Both the position numbers and the translations under genes were made by a program. From Myxococcota bacterium (GTDB lineage Bacteria; Myxococcota_A; UBA9160; UBA4427), in contig OZ252299.1 in NCBI GenBank assembly GCA_965250285.1, forward strand, positions 1,600,001 through 1,664,000: 64,000 nucleotides of DNA, in the 5' to 3' direction. Positions 1-11,100 of the stretch are shown here, in pieces (positions within the stretch are counted from its first letter, which is position 1; every line of letters starts with the position of its first letter). The notes beneath the pieces are model-generated. The model was not told where the DNA came from. It made no database searches and worked only from the letters and a program-made list of their open reading frames with translations.

Positions 1-890
1 GCGACTATCTCACCGTGCTCGTGGTTGCACCGCTGCTTACGGGCGTCGCGCTCTCGGTCGCCACGACGATTCAGGGCACCCAGGTCGCAGGCGGCGTCTT
101 CGACTCGACCACCGTCGCGCAGTTCGAGGCGCTCTGGCTGCGCGCACTGCCCTGGGTCGCGCTGATCACGGCCTTCTCGTTTCTCTACTGGTTCTTCCCG
201 AACACGCGCGTGACACCGCTCGCAGCGCTTGCTGGCGGCGTCGTCGCCGCCGTGTTGTTCTCGATCGCACGCTACTTCTACGTCGATCTCAACGTCGGCG
301 TGGCGAAATACAACGCGATCTTCGGCGGCTTCGCCGCCTTGCCGCTGGTGCTGGCCTGGATCTACGTCTGCTGGGCGGTGGTCTTGTTCGGCGCCGAGGT
401 CGCGTTCGCGGCGCAGAACCTGAAGCACTATCGCCGCGAGGTGCGCGGTCGCGAGCCGGGCATGGCCGAGCGGGAAGCGATCGGCCTGCGCGTCGCGCTC
501 GCGATCGCACGCGATTTTCGGGGCGGCGCCGGTGCGACGCATGACGACGGGTTGTCCGAGGTGCTCGATCTCCCTGTGCGGGTCGTGCGTGAGCAGGTGC
601 GCGCGCTGACGGCCGCTGGGCTGCTGGAGCAGACCGTCGACGAGCTGGGCGAGACGGGCGTGCTGCCGGCGCGCCCCCTCTCGAAGATCACGGTGGCCGA
701 CGTCTTCCACGCGCTGCGCGGCGATCGCGAGAGCGATCCCGACGCCGACGACGGGGCCGATCTCGACGCGTCGGTGCTCGGCAACGACGTGATCGTGCGC
801 GCCGTCATGCGCGATGTCGACGGCGCCTTCGAGGCCGTCGCGGCGACGCGCTCCCTCGACGATCTGCTGACGGTCGAAGGCCACAGCTGA
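1..890 (+). CDS. YihY/BrkB family inner-membrane protein with C-terminal Rrf2-like winged helix (5'-truncated by window)
   Basis: Several TM segments, YWFFPNTRV and YNAIFGGFAALPLVLAWIYVCWAVVLFGAE motifs typical of YihY; C-terminal wHTH-like LPARPLSKITVADVF. Confidence 0.85.
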   Translation, partial: DYLTVLVVAPLLTGVALSVATTIQGTQVAGGVFDSTTVAQFEALWLRALPWVALITAFSFLYWFFPNTRVTPLAALAGGVVAAVLFSIARYFYVDLNVGVAKYNAIFGGFAALPLVLAWIYVCWAVVLFGAEVAFAAQNLKHYRREVRGREPGMAEREAIGLRVALAIARDFRGGAGATHDDGLSEVLDLPVRVVREQVRALTAAGLLEQTVDELGETGVLPARPLSKITVADVFHALRGDRESDPDADDGADLDASVLGNDVIVRAVMRDVDGAFEAVAATRSLDDLLTVEGHS

Positions 891-928
891 GGGCCGCGCG
901 CCGCTCGGAGCGTTACGGAACCGCTCGG

Positions 929-957
929 TTGACCCTTCCAGGGGCCGGGGGTAGGGT
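929..957 (+). promoter_or_regulatory. Putative sigma70 promoter for the iscS-mnmA-rnc-era operon
   Basis: TTGACC-N17-TAGGGT about 90 nt upstream of the iscS ATG. Confidence 0.5.
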
Positions 958-1048
958 CGCGGCTCGAACCGACCGCGTGGGTGCGTTCGCCCTCGGATGC
1001 ACGCGCCGCGGTCCTGGGCCGCGCCCGTGCGCGGCGCGCGGATCGCTG

Positions 1049-2212
1049 ATGGGCCGCCTCTCGGAACGCATCTATCTCGACTACAACGCAACGACGCCGC
1101 TGGCGCCCGAGGTGCTCGCGGCGATGACGGAGACCCTCGCCGAAGCCGCAGGCAACCCGTCGAGCACCCATGCCGAGGGCGCCGAAGCGCGCCGTCGCAT
1201 CGAGCGCGCGCGCCGACAGATCGCAGACGCGCTGCGCAGCGGCGCGGCCGAGATCGTGTTCACCGCAGGGGCCACCGAGGCGAACAACATGGTGCACCAC
1301 GCGATGGCCCGAACCGCGGACGAGCCCGGCCACATCGTCGTGACGGCCATCGAGCACCCCTCCGTCATCGAACCCGCCGCCGATCTCGAGCGTGCCGGCT
1401 GGCGGGTGACCCGGCTGCCGGTCGACGAGGGCGGATTGATCGACGTGAGCCAGCTCAGCGATGCCCTCGCGCCCGAAACGCGACTGGTCTCGGTGATCCT
1501 CGCCAACAACGAGACGGGGGTCGTGCAGGACATGTCGGCCGTGCGCGACGCCCTCGCGGGCTCGGATGCGCTGTTGCACGTGGACGCCACGCAGGCCGTC
1601 GGCAAGTGGCCCGTCGACTTCGACGCGCTGGGTGCCGACTATCTCTCGCTATCGGCGCACAAGCTCGGTGGACCGAAAGGCACGGGTTGCCTGATCGTGC
1701 GCGACGGGGCGCCGCTCGAAGCACTGGTGCGCGGGGGACCCCAGGAGAAGCGGCTGCGCGGCGGCACCGAGAACGTCGCGGGCATCGTCGGGCTCGGCGT
1801 CGCCTGCGAGGTGGCTCACCGCGACCTGACGGGGCGCATCAAGCGTTTCGGCGAGCTGCGCGATCGGCTCTGGTCTCGCATCGAGGCCGGTGTGCCCGGC
1901 GCTCGCTGCAATGCACCGCTCGATCGCTGCCTGTCGAACACGCTCAACGTCGAGCTGCCCGGGATCGAAGGCGACGTGCTGCTGCAGGCGCTCGACGTCG
2001 AAGGCGTGGCGGCATCGGCCGGCGCCGCGTGTCATTCGGGCTCGGTGTCGCCTTCGCACGTGCTCGTCGCGATGGGGCGAAGCGCCGAGGAGGCGAGGGC
2101 GAGTCTGCGCTTCTCGGTCGGCGAGGGCACGACGCCCGCGCAAGTCGACCGCGCGGCGGGCCTCGTGCTCGAGATCGTCGAGCGGATGCGCGGAGGCTCG
2201 AACCGTGGCTGA
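1049..2212 (+). CDS. iscS: Cysteine desulfurase (IscS/NifS family)
   Basis: IYLDYNATTP, GNPSSTH, ANNETGVVQ, SAHKLGGPKG (PLP lysine), SAGAACHSG catalytic Cys; start set at ATG 1049. Confidence 0.92.
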   Translation: MGRLSERIYLDYNATTPLAPEVLAAMTETLAEAAGNPSSTHAEGAEARRRIERARRQIADALRSGAAEIVFTAGATEANNMVHHAMARTADEPGHIVVTAIEHPSVIEPAADLERAGWRVTRLPVDEGGLIDVSQLSDALAPETRLVSVILANNETGVVQDMSAVRDALAGSDALLHVDATQAVGKWPVDFDALGADYLSLSAHKLGGPKGTGCLIVRDGAPLEALVRGGPQEKRLRGGTENVAGIVGLGVACEVAHRDLTGRIKRFGELRDRLWSRIEAGVPGARCNAPLDRCLSNTLNVELPGIEGDVLLQALDVEGVAASAGAACHSGSVSPSHVLVAMGRSAEEARASLRFSVGEGTTPAQVDRAAGLVLEIVERMRGGSNRG

Positions 2213-3302
2213 ACCGGCGCCCGCGCGGGATCGTGTTGTGGTCGCCATGTCGGGCGGCGTCGATTCGTCGCTGGCGGCAGCGCTGATCGTCGAGCGGGGC
2301 GACGAGCCGATCGGTGTGACCATGCACCTGGCAGGCAGCACGTCCCGGTGCTGCAGCCTCGACGACGCCGATGATGCGCGCCGCGTCGCCGAGCGGCTCG
2401 GGATTCGCTTCTACGTCGCGAACTACACCGACGCGTTTCGCGAAGAGGTGATCGAGGCCTTCGCCGATGCCTATCTCGCCGGCCGCACGCCGATTCCGTG
2501 TGTGACGTGCAACAAGCGCTTCAAGTTCGACCTGTTGATGGAGCGCGCGCGCGTATTCGGCGCCGAGCGTGTGGCGACCGGGCACTACGCCCGCGTCGTG
2601 CGCGACGAGACGCTCGGCGAGTGGAGACTGCTGCGACCGCGCGACCGACAGAAGGATCAGACGTACTTCCTCTTTCAACTCGATCAGGCGCAGCTCGCTC
2701 GCATCGAGTTTCCGCTCGGCGAGCTGACGAAGGCCGAGGTGCGGACGCGGGCGCGGGCGCTCGGCCTCGAGACGGCGGAGAAGCCCGAGAGTCAGGAGAT
2801 CTGCTTCGTGCCCGAGGGCCGCTACGACGCGGTCGTGGAGCGGATCCGGCCCGAGGCGGTGACGCCGGAGCGGGCCGCGGGCGAGATCGTCGATGTGCAC
2901 GGCGAGGTGCTCGGCCGCCACGGCGGGGTCCACCACTTCACGGTGGGCCAGCGCCACGGGCTCGGGCTGGCGGTCGGACGCCGGCTCTACGTGACGCGCA
3001 TCGAGGCCGAGGCGCGGCGTGTCGTGGTCGGGGATCTGCCCGACCTCGACGCCAAGGGCATGGTGATCTCGGGACATCACTGGATCTCGAAGCTGGAGCG
3101 GCCCGAGCGCGTGCGCGTGCAGGTGCGTTATCGCCACGAGGCCGTCCGCGCGAGCGTGACCGGCGGCGAAGGCGGGCGGCTCGAGCTGGCCTTCGACGAG
3201 CCGGTGCGCGCCGTTTCGCCGGGGCAGGCTGCCGTGCTCTACGACGAGGCCACGGGCGAGGTCGCGCTCGGCGGGGGTTGGATCGCCGAGGCGGTGTCGT
3301 GA
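2205..3302 (+). CDS. mnmA: tRNA 2-thiouridine(34) synthase MnmA
   Basis: VAMSGGVDSS PP-loop, PCVTCN, ATGHYA, KDQTYFL, ESQEICF, SPGQAAVLY; GTG start overlaps the iscS stop. Confidence 0.95.
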   Translation: MAEPAPARDRVVVAMSGGVDSSLAAALIVERGDEPIGVTMHLAGSTSRCCSLDDADDARRVAERLGIRFYVANYTDAFREEVIEAFADAYLAGRTPIPCVTCNKRFKFDLLMERARVFGAERVATGHYARVVRDETLGEWRLLRPRDRQKDQTYFLFQLDQAQLARIEFPLGELTKAEVRTRARALGLETAEKPESQEICFVPEGRYDAVVERIRPEAVTPERAAGEIVDVHGEVLGRHGGVHHFTVGQRHGLGLAVGRRLYVTRIEAEARRVVVGDLPDLDAKGMVISGHHWISKLERPERVRVQVRYRHEAVRASVTGGEGGRLELAFDEPVRAVSPGQAAVLYDEATGEVALGGGWIAEAVS

Positions 3303-4054
3303 CCGAGCCCGAGGCGGTGTGGCCCGAGCTCGAAGCGCTCGAGGCCGTGCTCGGTCATCGATTCAGTGATCGCGCGCTGCTCGAGCGGGCCCTCTGCCAT
3401 TCTTCGTATGCGAACGAGACCGAGCGCGCTGACAGCAACGAGACGATGGAGTTCCTCGGAGACTCGGTGATCGGCCTGGCGGTGTCGCACATCCTGTTCG
3501 AGGCGAAACCCGAGTGGCGCGAAGGGGAGCTGACACGCGCGCTCCACGGCATCGTCGAGGGGCGCTCACTCGCCGACGCCGCGCGTCGACTCGATCTCGG
3601 GCGTTACCTCCGCCTCGGGCGCACCGAGCGCCAGTCGGGTGGTCACGACAAGGATTCGATCCTCGAGGACGCGATGGAGGCCGTCTTTGCGGCGCTCTAT
3701 CTCGACGACGGGCTCCCGCCGGTCGTGGCGCTCGCACGCAGCCTGTTTGGTGAAGCGCTCTCGGCCGACGCGCCGCGCGTCGAGCGACACCCGAAGATGC
3801 GCTTCAACGAGCGGGTCATGCAGCGGCGCGGGTCGGTCCCAGCCTATCGGTTCATCGCCGACAGTGAGGTCGAAGACGATGCGCGCCGATTCGAGGTCGC
3901 CGTCGACGTCGACGGCGAAGAGGTCGCGCGGGGTTTCGGACGCACGAAGCGCGCGGCCGAACGCGAGGCGGCCGAACGCGCCGACGCACTGCTCTTCGAC
4001 GAGGCCGAAGGCGCGACCGCGGCCGAATCGGTCGATGCCGGAGACGCATCGTGA
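3299..4054 (+). CDS. rnc: Ribonuclease III
   Basis: ALCHSS, NETMEFLGDSVIGL signature, EDAMEAVFAALYLD, C-terminal dsRBD (GFGRTKRAAEREAA); precedes era. Confidence 0.93.
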   Translation: MTEPEAVWPELEALEAVLGHRFSDRALLERALCHSSYANETERADSNETMEFLGDSVIGLAVSHILFEAKPEWREGELTRALHGIVEGRSLADAARRLDLGRYLRLGRTERQSGGHDKDSILEDAMEAVFAALYLDDGLPPVVALARSLFGEALSADAPRVERHPKMRFNERVMQRRGSVPAYRFIADSEVEDDARRFEVAVDVDGEEVARGFGRTKRAAEREAAERADALLFDEAEGATAAESVDAGDAS

Positions 4055-4968
4055 GCGACGAGTCGTTCGATGGTGAGGCGACGCCCGGGCCGCACCGGGC
4101 GGGCTTCGTCGCGATGGTCGGGCCGCCGAACGCGGGCAAGTCGACGCTGCTGAACCGCGTGCTCGGCGAGAAGCTCGCGATCGTCACCGCGAAGCCCCAG
4201 ACCACTCGCAGCCGCATCCTCGGCATTCTGCACCGCGAGGACGCGCAGGTGATGTGGGTCGACACGCCGGGGCTGCACGCATCGACGAAGAAGCTGAACG
4301 TGGCGCTCAACGCAGCGGTCGAAGTCGCCATGAAGGACTGCGACGTCGGCTTGATGCTCGTCGACCAGACGCGTGGCTGCGAGCCGGCTCACGAGGAGCT
4401 CGTCGAGATGGCGCGGTCACATGGGCTGCCGCTCGTCATTGCCGCGACGAAGGGCGACCTGTCGGCGAAGCCCGACGTGATCGACGAGATCATCCGCGTC
4501 ACGGGCTGCGCGCCCGGCGACGTCTACTCGATCTCGGCGCGGACGGGCGAGGGCGTCCGCGCGCTGCTCGACGCCGTGATCGATCGACTGCCCGAATCCC
4601 CGCCGCTCTACGGTCCCGACGAGCTGACCGACAAGCCGCTGCGCTTTCTCTGCGCCGAGCTCGTGCGCGAAGCTGCCTTCGAGGCGCTCGGGCACGAGCT
4701 GCCCTACTCGATGGCCGTCGAGATCATCGCGTTCGACGAGTCGAAGCCCGGCGAGGTCACGATTCACGCGAATCTGTTGGTCGAGCGCAACAGCCAGAAG
4801 CGCATCGTCGTCGGGGCGGGGGGCGCGATGGTGAAGCGCATCGGGACCCGGGCACGACGCGAGATCGAGAAGCTGCTCGATGGGCGCTGTCATCTGAAGC
4901 TCTTCGTGAAGGTCGATCCGCGCTGGTTGAAGAGCGAACGTCGCATCGAGTCGCTGGGCTACGTTTGA
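4051..4968 (+). CDS. era: GTPase Era
   Basis: GPPNAGKST, KPQTTR, DTPG, ELPYS, SQKRIVVG KH domain. Confidence 0.96.
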   Translation: MSDESFDGEATPGPHRAGFVAMVGPPNAGKSTLLNRVLGEKLAIVTAKPQTTRSRILGILHREDAQVMWVDTPGLHASTKKLNVALNAAVEVAMKDCDVGLMLVDQTRGCEPAHEELVEMARSHGLPLVIAATKGDLSAKPDVIDEIIRVTGCAPGDVYSISARTGEGVRALLDAVIDRLPESPPLYGPDELTDKPLRFLCAELVREAAFEALGHELPYSMAVEIIAFDESKPGEVTIHANLLVERNSQKRIVVGAGGAMVKRIGTRARREIEKLLDGRCHLKLFVKVDPRWLKSERRIESLGYV

Positions 4969-5002
4969 GCGCCCGTCCAATGCCTGTGAACAGAGGAGCA
5001 TC

Positions 5003-5956
5003 ATGAGCGGCGAACGCGTGCGCATCAGCGAGGTCGGCCCGCGCGACGGGCTCCAGAACGAGGCAGCGCGCGTGCCGGTCGAGCTCAAGATCGAGCTGAT
5101 CGAGCGCCTCGTGGCGGCCGGCCTGCCCGAGATCGAGGTGAGCTCGTTCGTCTCGCCGAAGTGGATCCCGCAGCTGGCCGATGCCGATGAAGTCGTCGCC
5201 GCGCTGCCGAAGCGCCCGGGCGTGCGCTACGGCGCGCTCGTCCCCAACGAGCAGGGGTACGACCGGTTTCGCGCCTCGGGCCGCCTCGAGGTCGCGGCGC
5301 TCTTCATCTCGACCAGCGAGACGCACAACCGAAAGAACGTGAACCGCAGCGTGGCCGAACACCTCGAGCGGCTTCGTCCCGTGGCCGAGCGCGCACGGGC
5401 CGACGGCGTGCAGGTCCGGGCCTACGCGTCGACGGTCTTCGGCTGTCCGTACGAGGGGCAGGTCGATCCGGCCGCGGTCGTCGATTTGGTGCGTCGCCTC
5501 GACGACATGGGCGCCGACGAGATCGCGCTCGGCGATACGAACGGCGTGGGCGTCCCCCGGCAGGTGAGGTCGCTCGTCGCCCTGCTGCGCGATCACATTC
5601 CGCTCGATCGGCTCGTCCTGCACGTGCACGACACGTGGGGGCGCGGGCTCGCCAACGTCGAGGCCGGGTTCGAAGCGGGCCTGCGCAAGTTCGACAGCTC
5701 GATCGGTGGGCTCGGGGGTTGCCCCTATGCACCGGGTGCCGCAGGGAACGTCGCGACCGAGGATCTGGTGGCGCTCTTCGACGCGGCCGGCGTCGAGACC
5801 GGGATCGATCTCGATGCGCTGGTCGACGTCGCCGCCTGGCTCGAATCGCAGGTCATCGATCGTGCGATCGCGAGCCGCGTGTACCGCGCCACGCTCGGCG
5901 CGCGAGAGCGAGCCGCAGAGCAGACGCAACGAAGCGAGGGAGAGGCCCGTGAGTGA
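5003..5956 (+). CDS. Hydroxymethylglutaryl-CoA lyase
   Basis: EVGPRDGLQNE, SFVSPKWIPQ, HVHDT, GGLGGCPYAPGAAGNVATED. Confidence 0.92.
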   Translation: MSGERVRISEVGPRDGLQNEAARVPVELKIELIERLVAAGLPEIEVSSFVSPKWIPQLADADEVVAALPKRPGVRYGALVPNEQGYDRFRASGRLEVAALFISTSETHNRKNVNRSVAEHLERLRPVAERARADGVQVRAYASTVFGCPYEGQVDPAAVVDLVRRLDDMGADEIALGDTNGVGVPRQVRSLVALLRDHIPLDRLVLHVHDTWGRGLANVEAGFEAGLRKFDSSIGGLGGCPYAPGAAGNVATEDLVALFDAAGVETGIDLDALVDVAAWLESQVIDRAIASRVYRATLGARERAAEQTQRSEGEARE

Positions 5957-7478
5957 TGCCAAGGACGTACGCGAGCTGCTCGCGGCGGTCGAGGCCGGGG
6001 GGAAGCCCGCGGCCCACGAGAAGCTCGCTGCGCAGGGCAAGCTCTTCTGTCGTGACCGCATCGCGAAGCTGCTCGACGCGGACTCGTTCGTGGAAGATGC
6101 GGCGCTCGCAAACGTGCGGGCCGGGGATCTCCCGGCCGACGGCGTCGTCACGGGCACGGGTCGCATCGACGGGCGGACCGTCTGCGTGATGGCGAACGAC
6201 TCGACCGTGAAGGCCGGGTCCTGGGGGGCGCGGACGGTCGAGAAGATCATCCGCATCCAGGAGCACGCCGAGCGGCTGCGCTGCCCATTGATCTACCTCG
6301 TCGATTCGGCCGGGGCACGGATCACCGACCAGATCGAGCTGTTCCCGGGCCGACGCGGCGCCGGGCGCATCTTCTTCAACCAGACGCGGCTTTCGGGGAT
6401 GATCCCCCAGGTGTGCCTGCTCTTCGGGCCGTCGGCCGCGGGTGGGGCGTACATCCCTGCCTTCTGTGACGTCGTCTTCATGGTGAACAAGAACGCGAGC
6501 ATGTATCTCGGCTCGCCGCGGATGGCCGAGATGGTCATCGGGCAGGAGGTCACCCTCGAAGAGATGGGCGGCGCGCGGATGCACTGCTCGGTCTCGGGCT
6601 GCGGTGATCTGCTTGCGAAGAATGAAGAAGCGGCGCTCGAGGCGGCGCGCGTCTATCTCTCGTACCTGCCGTCGAACTGCAGCGAGGCGCCGCCCGTGAT
6701 CGAACCCGCGGCCCCCGCATCGGATCCGGCCGAGATCGAGTCGATCATTCCGCAGGAGGAGAACAAGCTCTTCGACGTGCGCCAGGTGATCGAGCGCATC
6801 GTCGATGCAGGGTCGGTGTTCGAGCTGAAGAAGCTCTTCGCCGGCGAGCTGCTGACGTGCTTCGCCCGCATCGATGGGCGCGTCGTGGGCGTCATCGCGA
6901 ACCAGCCGAAGACGAAGGGTGGTGTGCTGATGGTCGACTCGGCCGACAAGGCCGCGCGCTTCATCTGGCTCTGCGATGCGTTCGGGATCCCCCTCGTCTA
7001 CCTCGCGGACGTGCCCGGCTTCATGATCGGCAAGCAGGTCGAGCGGCAGGGCATCATCCGCGCCGGGGCGAAGATGATCATGGCCGTCAGCGAGGCGACC
7101 GTGCCGCGCATCTCGGTGATCCTGCGCAAGGCGTATGGCGCCGGGCTCTACGCGATGAGCGGGCCGGGCTTCGGACCCGATGCGTGTATCGCGTTGCCGA
7201 GCGCGATGATCGCCGTCATGGGCCCCGAGGCCGCGGTCAACGCGGTCTTCTACAACAAGCTCCAGGCGCTCGACGAGGCCGAACGCACCGCCGAGACCGA
7301 GCGGCTGCGTGACGAGTACCGCGAGGATGTCGACCTCATGCGGCTCGCGAGCGAGATGGTCATCGACGCGGTCGTGCCGCCCGAGCGCCTGCGCGCGGAG
7401 CTCGTCGCTCGACTGAGTGCGGCCGAAGGGCGCCGAGACGCACAGCCGCGCAAGTTCCGAAGCGTGACGCCCATGTAA
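5949..7478 (+). CDS. Acyl-CoA carboxylase carboxyltransferase (beta) subunit, methylcrotonyl-/propionyl-CoA carboxylase-like
   Basis: DGVVTGTG, ANDSTVKAGSWG, DSAGARI, GPSAAGGAY, DVPGFMIG, RKAYGAG; GTG start overlaps the upstream stop. Confidence 0.88.
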   Translation: MSDAKDVRELLAAVEAGGKPAAHEKLAAQGKLFCRDRIAKLLDADSFVEDAALANVRAGDLPADGVVTGTGRIDGRTVCVMANDSTVKAGSWGARTVEKIIRIQEHAERLRCPLIYLVDSAGARITDQIELFPGRRGAGRIFFNQTRLSGMIPQVCLLFGPSAAGGAYIPAFCDVVFMVNKNASMYLGSPRMAEMVIGQEVTLEEMGGARMHCSVSGCGDLLAKNEEAALEAARVYLSYLPSNCSEAPPVIEPAAPASDPAEIESIIPQEENKLFDVRQVIERIVDAGSVFELKKLFAGELLTCFARIDGRVVGVIANQPKTKGGVLMVDSADKAARFIWLCDAFGIPLVYLADVPGFMIGKQVERQGIIRAGAKMIMAVSEATVPRISVILRKAYGAGLYAMSGPGFGPDACIALPSAMIAVMGPEAAVNAVFYNKLQALDEAERTAETERLRDEYREDVDLMRLASEMVIDAVVPPERLRAELVARLSAAEGRRDAQPRKFRSVTPM

Positions 7479-7534
7479 CGGTGCGTTGGCCCGTCGAGCT
7501 GCTCAGGCTCTGCTGCCCCTCAGCGGCTCCTGAG

Positions 7535-7573
7535 CCAGTCGCAGTTGACGTGAACTGGCAATCTGGACAGATT
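7535..7573 (+). promoter_or_regulatory. Putative promoter/operator of the merR-icmF unit
   Basis: TTGACG-N17-CAGATT overlapped by the dyads CAGTT-N6-AACTG and AATCTG-GA-CAGATT. Confidence 0.35.
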
Positions 7574-7659
7574 CCAGGTACTCGTTTGGCGGTCGCACCG
7601 CGTCCAGCGCGTCACGCGGCCGTGCGACGTGGCGCGCATTTCACGTCAGGACCTCCGCG

Positions 7660-8115
7660 ATGCCTTCTCTGACCCTGCCCGCCGAGTCGACGGCTGCGTC
7701 CGACGCCGAGTTCGCGATCGGCGAGCTCTGTGCGCGCACGGGCCTCTCGCCGCGGACCATTCGGTACTACGAAGAGGTCGGCCTGCTCCCCGGCGTCCGT
7801 CGACGCGCGGGCGGTCGGCGGGTGTACGGGAACGACGCGCTCGAGCGGCTGCACTTCATCGGCCGGCTCAAGACGCTCGGCCTGAGCCTGGGCGAGATCA
7901 AAGAGCTGAACGAGCTCTACGCCCTCGCGGGGTCGACCCACGACATGCTGGGTCGACTGCACGGTCTGCTCGGCGAGCACCTGAACGAGTTGGACGAGCG
8001 CATCGATTCGCTCGTCGCTCTGCGCGATGAGATGCGCGGCTATCGCGAGCACGTTGCGCGCCGTCTCGACGAAGGGGAGCCCGCTCCGAAGCGGGCCGAG
8101 GAGGAGAACCCGTGA
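7660..8115 (+). CDS. MerR-family transcriptional regulator (short, LiuR-like architecture)
   Basis: FAIGELCARTGLSPRTIRYYEEVGLL HTH plus coiled coil, no effector domain. Confidence 0.88.
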   Translation: MPSLTLPAESTAASDAEFAIGELCARTGLSPRTIRYYEEVGLLPGVRRRAGGRRVYGNDALERLHFIGRLKTLGLSLGEIKELNELYALAGSTHDMLGRLHGLLGEHLNELDERIDSLVALRDEMRGYREHVARRLDEGEPAPKRAEEENP

Positions 8116-11100
8116 CCAGTGCTGCGACCCCGATCCGCGAAGGCGCCGCCGAGCCCGCGCGCATTCGCGTCGTCACCGCGGCCTCACTCTTCGATGGCCA
8201 CGACGCCGCGATCAACATCATGCGTCGGCTGCTCCAGGCGCAGGGCGCCGAGGTGATCCATCTCGGTCACGATCGCAGCGTCGACGAGATCGTCGAAGCG
8301 GCGATCGCCGAAGACGCCCACGCGGTCGCCGTCTCGTCCTACCAGGGCGGGCACATGGAGTTCTTTCGCTATCTGGTGGAGCGGCTCGCCGAGCGCGGCG
8401 CGCCCTGGATCCGAGTGTACGGCGGGGGCGGCGGAACGATCACGCCGGCCGAGATCGAAGCTCTGCACGACGCCGGGGTGGCGCGCATCTTCAGCCCCGA
8501 AGATGGTCGCAAGCTCGGCCTCGAGGGCATGATCGGCACGATCATCGAAGACTGCCGCTCGGACGCGATGCGCGCGGCGCGATCGCTCGATGCGGCCCGG
8601 GCAGCGGCGCTGGTCGAAGACCTGCACCCCGCTCGCCCCGGCGCGCTGGCGCGTGTGATCACCTGGCTCGAAGAAGAAGCCGATTCGAACGTCTCCGAGG
8701 CGGCCGCCTTGCGCTCGAAGCTGCAGGAGAAGGGCGACCACGTGCCGGTGGTCGGGTTCACCGGGACCGGAGGCGCCGGCAAGTCGAGCGTCGTCGACGA
8801 GCTCGTGCGGCGCGCCCGTGTCGACGACCCCGAGCGGCGCATCGGCCTGCTGCTCGTCGACCCGACGCGCCGACGCAGTGGCGGCGCGTTGCTGGGCGAT
8901 CGGATTCGCATGAACTCGATCCACGGCGAGGGCGTGTTCGTGCGCTCGCTCGCGACCCGCCAGCGGCACCTGTCGCTCTCCCGGGCGATTCAGGACGCCG
9001 TACGCGTGCTGACGGCGGCCGGCTTCGATCTCGTGGTCGTCGAGACAGCCGGCATCGGCCAGAGTGACTCGGAGATCGTCGACCTCGCCGATCTCTCGAT
9101 CTACGTCATGACGCCCGAGTTCGGTGCGCCGTCGCAGCTCGAGAAGATCGACATGCTCGATTACGCCGATCTCGTGGTGGTGAACAAGTGCGACCGGCAG
9201 GGGGCGCGAGATGCGCTTCGCGATGTCCGCAAGCAGTGGCGACGCAATCGTACGGCGTTCGACCTACCCGACGATCAGGTGCCCGTCTTCCCGACCGTGG
9301 CGCGGCAGTGGAACGATCCCGGCACCGAGCAGCTGCACCGCGCCCTCTGGTCGCGCCTCGGCGGCGCGGCCACGCTGCCCGAACGTCCGGCGGGCCGCGA
9401 CGGCGAAGAGCTGGTGCTGACGTCGACGATCCCCGCTTCGCGCGTGCGATATCTGGCCGACATCGCCGACACCGTGCGGGGCTACCGCGGTCGGGTGGAG
9501 GACGACGCCGCGCGCGCTGGCCGGGCGGACGGTCTGTCGCGTTCGCTCGAGGCTTTTGGTGCGGAGCCGCCCGAGGGCTTGCCCGAGCGACGAGCTGACG
9601 GCGGGCCCGTGAGCGACGCCCCCGAAGAGGTCGTGCGGGCGCTTCAGGCCGAGTGCGATCGCAGCTGGCAAGCCGTGTCGGCCGAGCGCCGCGCGCAGCT
9701 GGTCGATTGGCCGTCGACGCGCCGCGACTATGCGGCCGACACGCAGACCTACGCGGTGCGCGGTCGCGAGATCGAGGTCGAGAATCAGACCCGGACACTC
9801 TCCGATACCCGCGTGTCGAAGGTCGCGCTGCCGCGCACCGACGACTGGGGCGACCTCGTGCGCTATTTCGGCCTCGAGCATCTGCCCGGCCACTTCCCGT
9901 ATACCGCGGGCGTGTTTCCGTTCAAGCGCAGCGGGGAGGACCCCGCCCGCATGTTCGCGGGCGAAGGCGGCCCCGAGCGCACGAACCGCCGATTCCACTA
10001 TCTCGCGTCGGGGCAGCCGGCGGCTCGGTTGTCGACGGCCTTCGACAGCGTGACGCTGTATGGCCGCGACCCCGATCCACGGCCGGATATCTACGGCAAG
10101 GTCGGCAACTCGGGCGTCTCGGTGTGCACCCTCGACGACGCGAAGAAGCTGTACTCGGGCTTCGATCTCTGTGACCCGTCGACCTCGGTCTCGCTCACGA
10201 TCAACGGCCCGGCGCCCATGGTGCTGGCCTTCTTTCTGAACACGGCCATCGATCAGCAGGTCGAGCGGCACCTGCGCGAGACCGGGCAGCTCGAGGCCGT
10301 GCGCGCCCGATTCGAGGCGGAGTGGGCCGAGCGTGGACTCGAGCTGCCGCACTATGAGAGCGAGCGCCCGGAGACGCACGACGGGTTGGGGCTGGCGCTG
10401 CTGGGGATCCCCGGCGACCGCGCCGTTGATGCCGAGACCTACGCGCGCATCCGCAGCGACGTGCTGAAGCGCGTCCGCGGAACGGTGCAGGCCGACATCC
10501 TCAAGGAGGATCAGGCGCAGAACACGTGCATCTTCTCAACCGAGTTCGCGCTCGAGGTGCAGGGCGACATCCAGGCGTTCTTCGTGCAGGAGGCGGTCAA
10601 GAACTTCTACTCGGTCAGCATCAGCGGCTACCACATGGCGGAGGCCGGAGCGAATCCGATCAGTCAGCTCGCCTTCACCCTGGCCAACGGCTTCACGTTC
10701 GTCGAGAGCTATCTCGCACGCGGCATGGCGGTCGACGACTTCGCCCCGAACTTCTCGTTCTTCTTCTCGAACGGGCTCGACGCCGAGTACAACGTGATTG
10801 GCCGCGTCGCCCGCCGCATCTGGGCCGTTGCGATGCGCGAGCGCTATGGCGCCGACGAGCGGAGCCAGAAGCTCAAGTATCACATCCAGACGTCCGGCCG
10901 GTCGCTGCACGCGCAGGAGATGCAGTTCAACGACATTCGCACGACGCTGCAGGCGCTGATCGCGCTGCAGGACAACTGCAACAGCCTGCACACGAACGCC
11001 TACGACGAGGCCGTCACGACCCCGACCGAGGAGTCGGTGCGCCGGGCGCTGGCGATCCAGCTGATCATCAATCGCGAGCTCGGTGCGGCCAAGAACGAGA

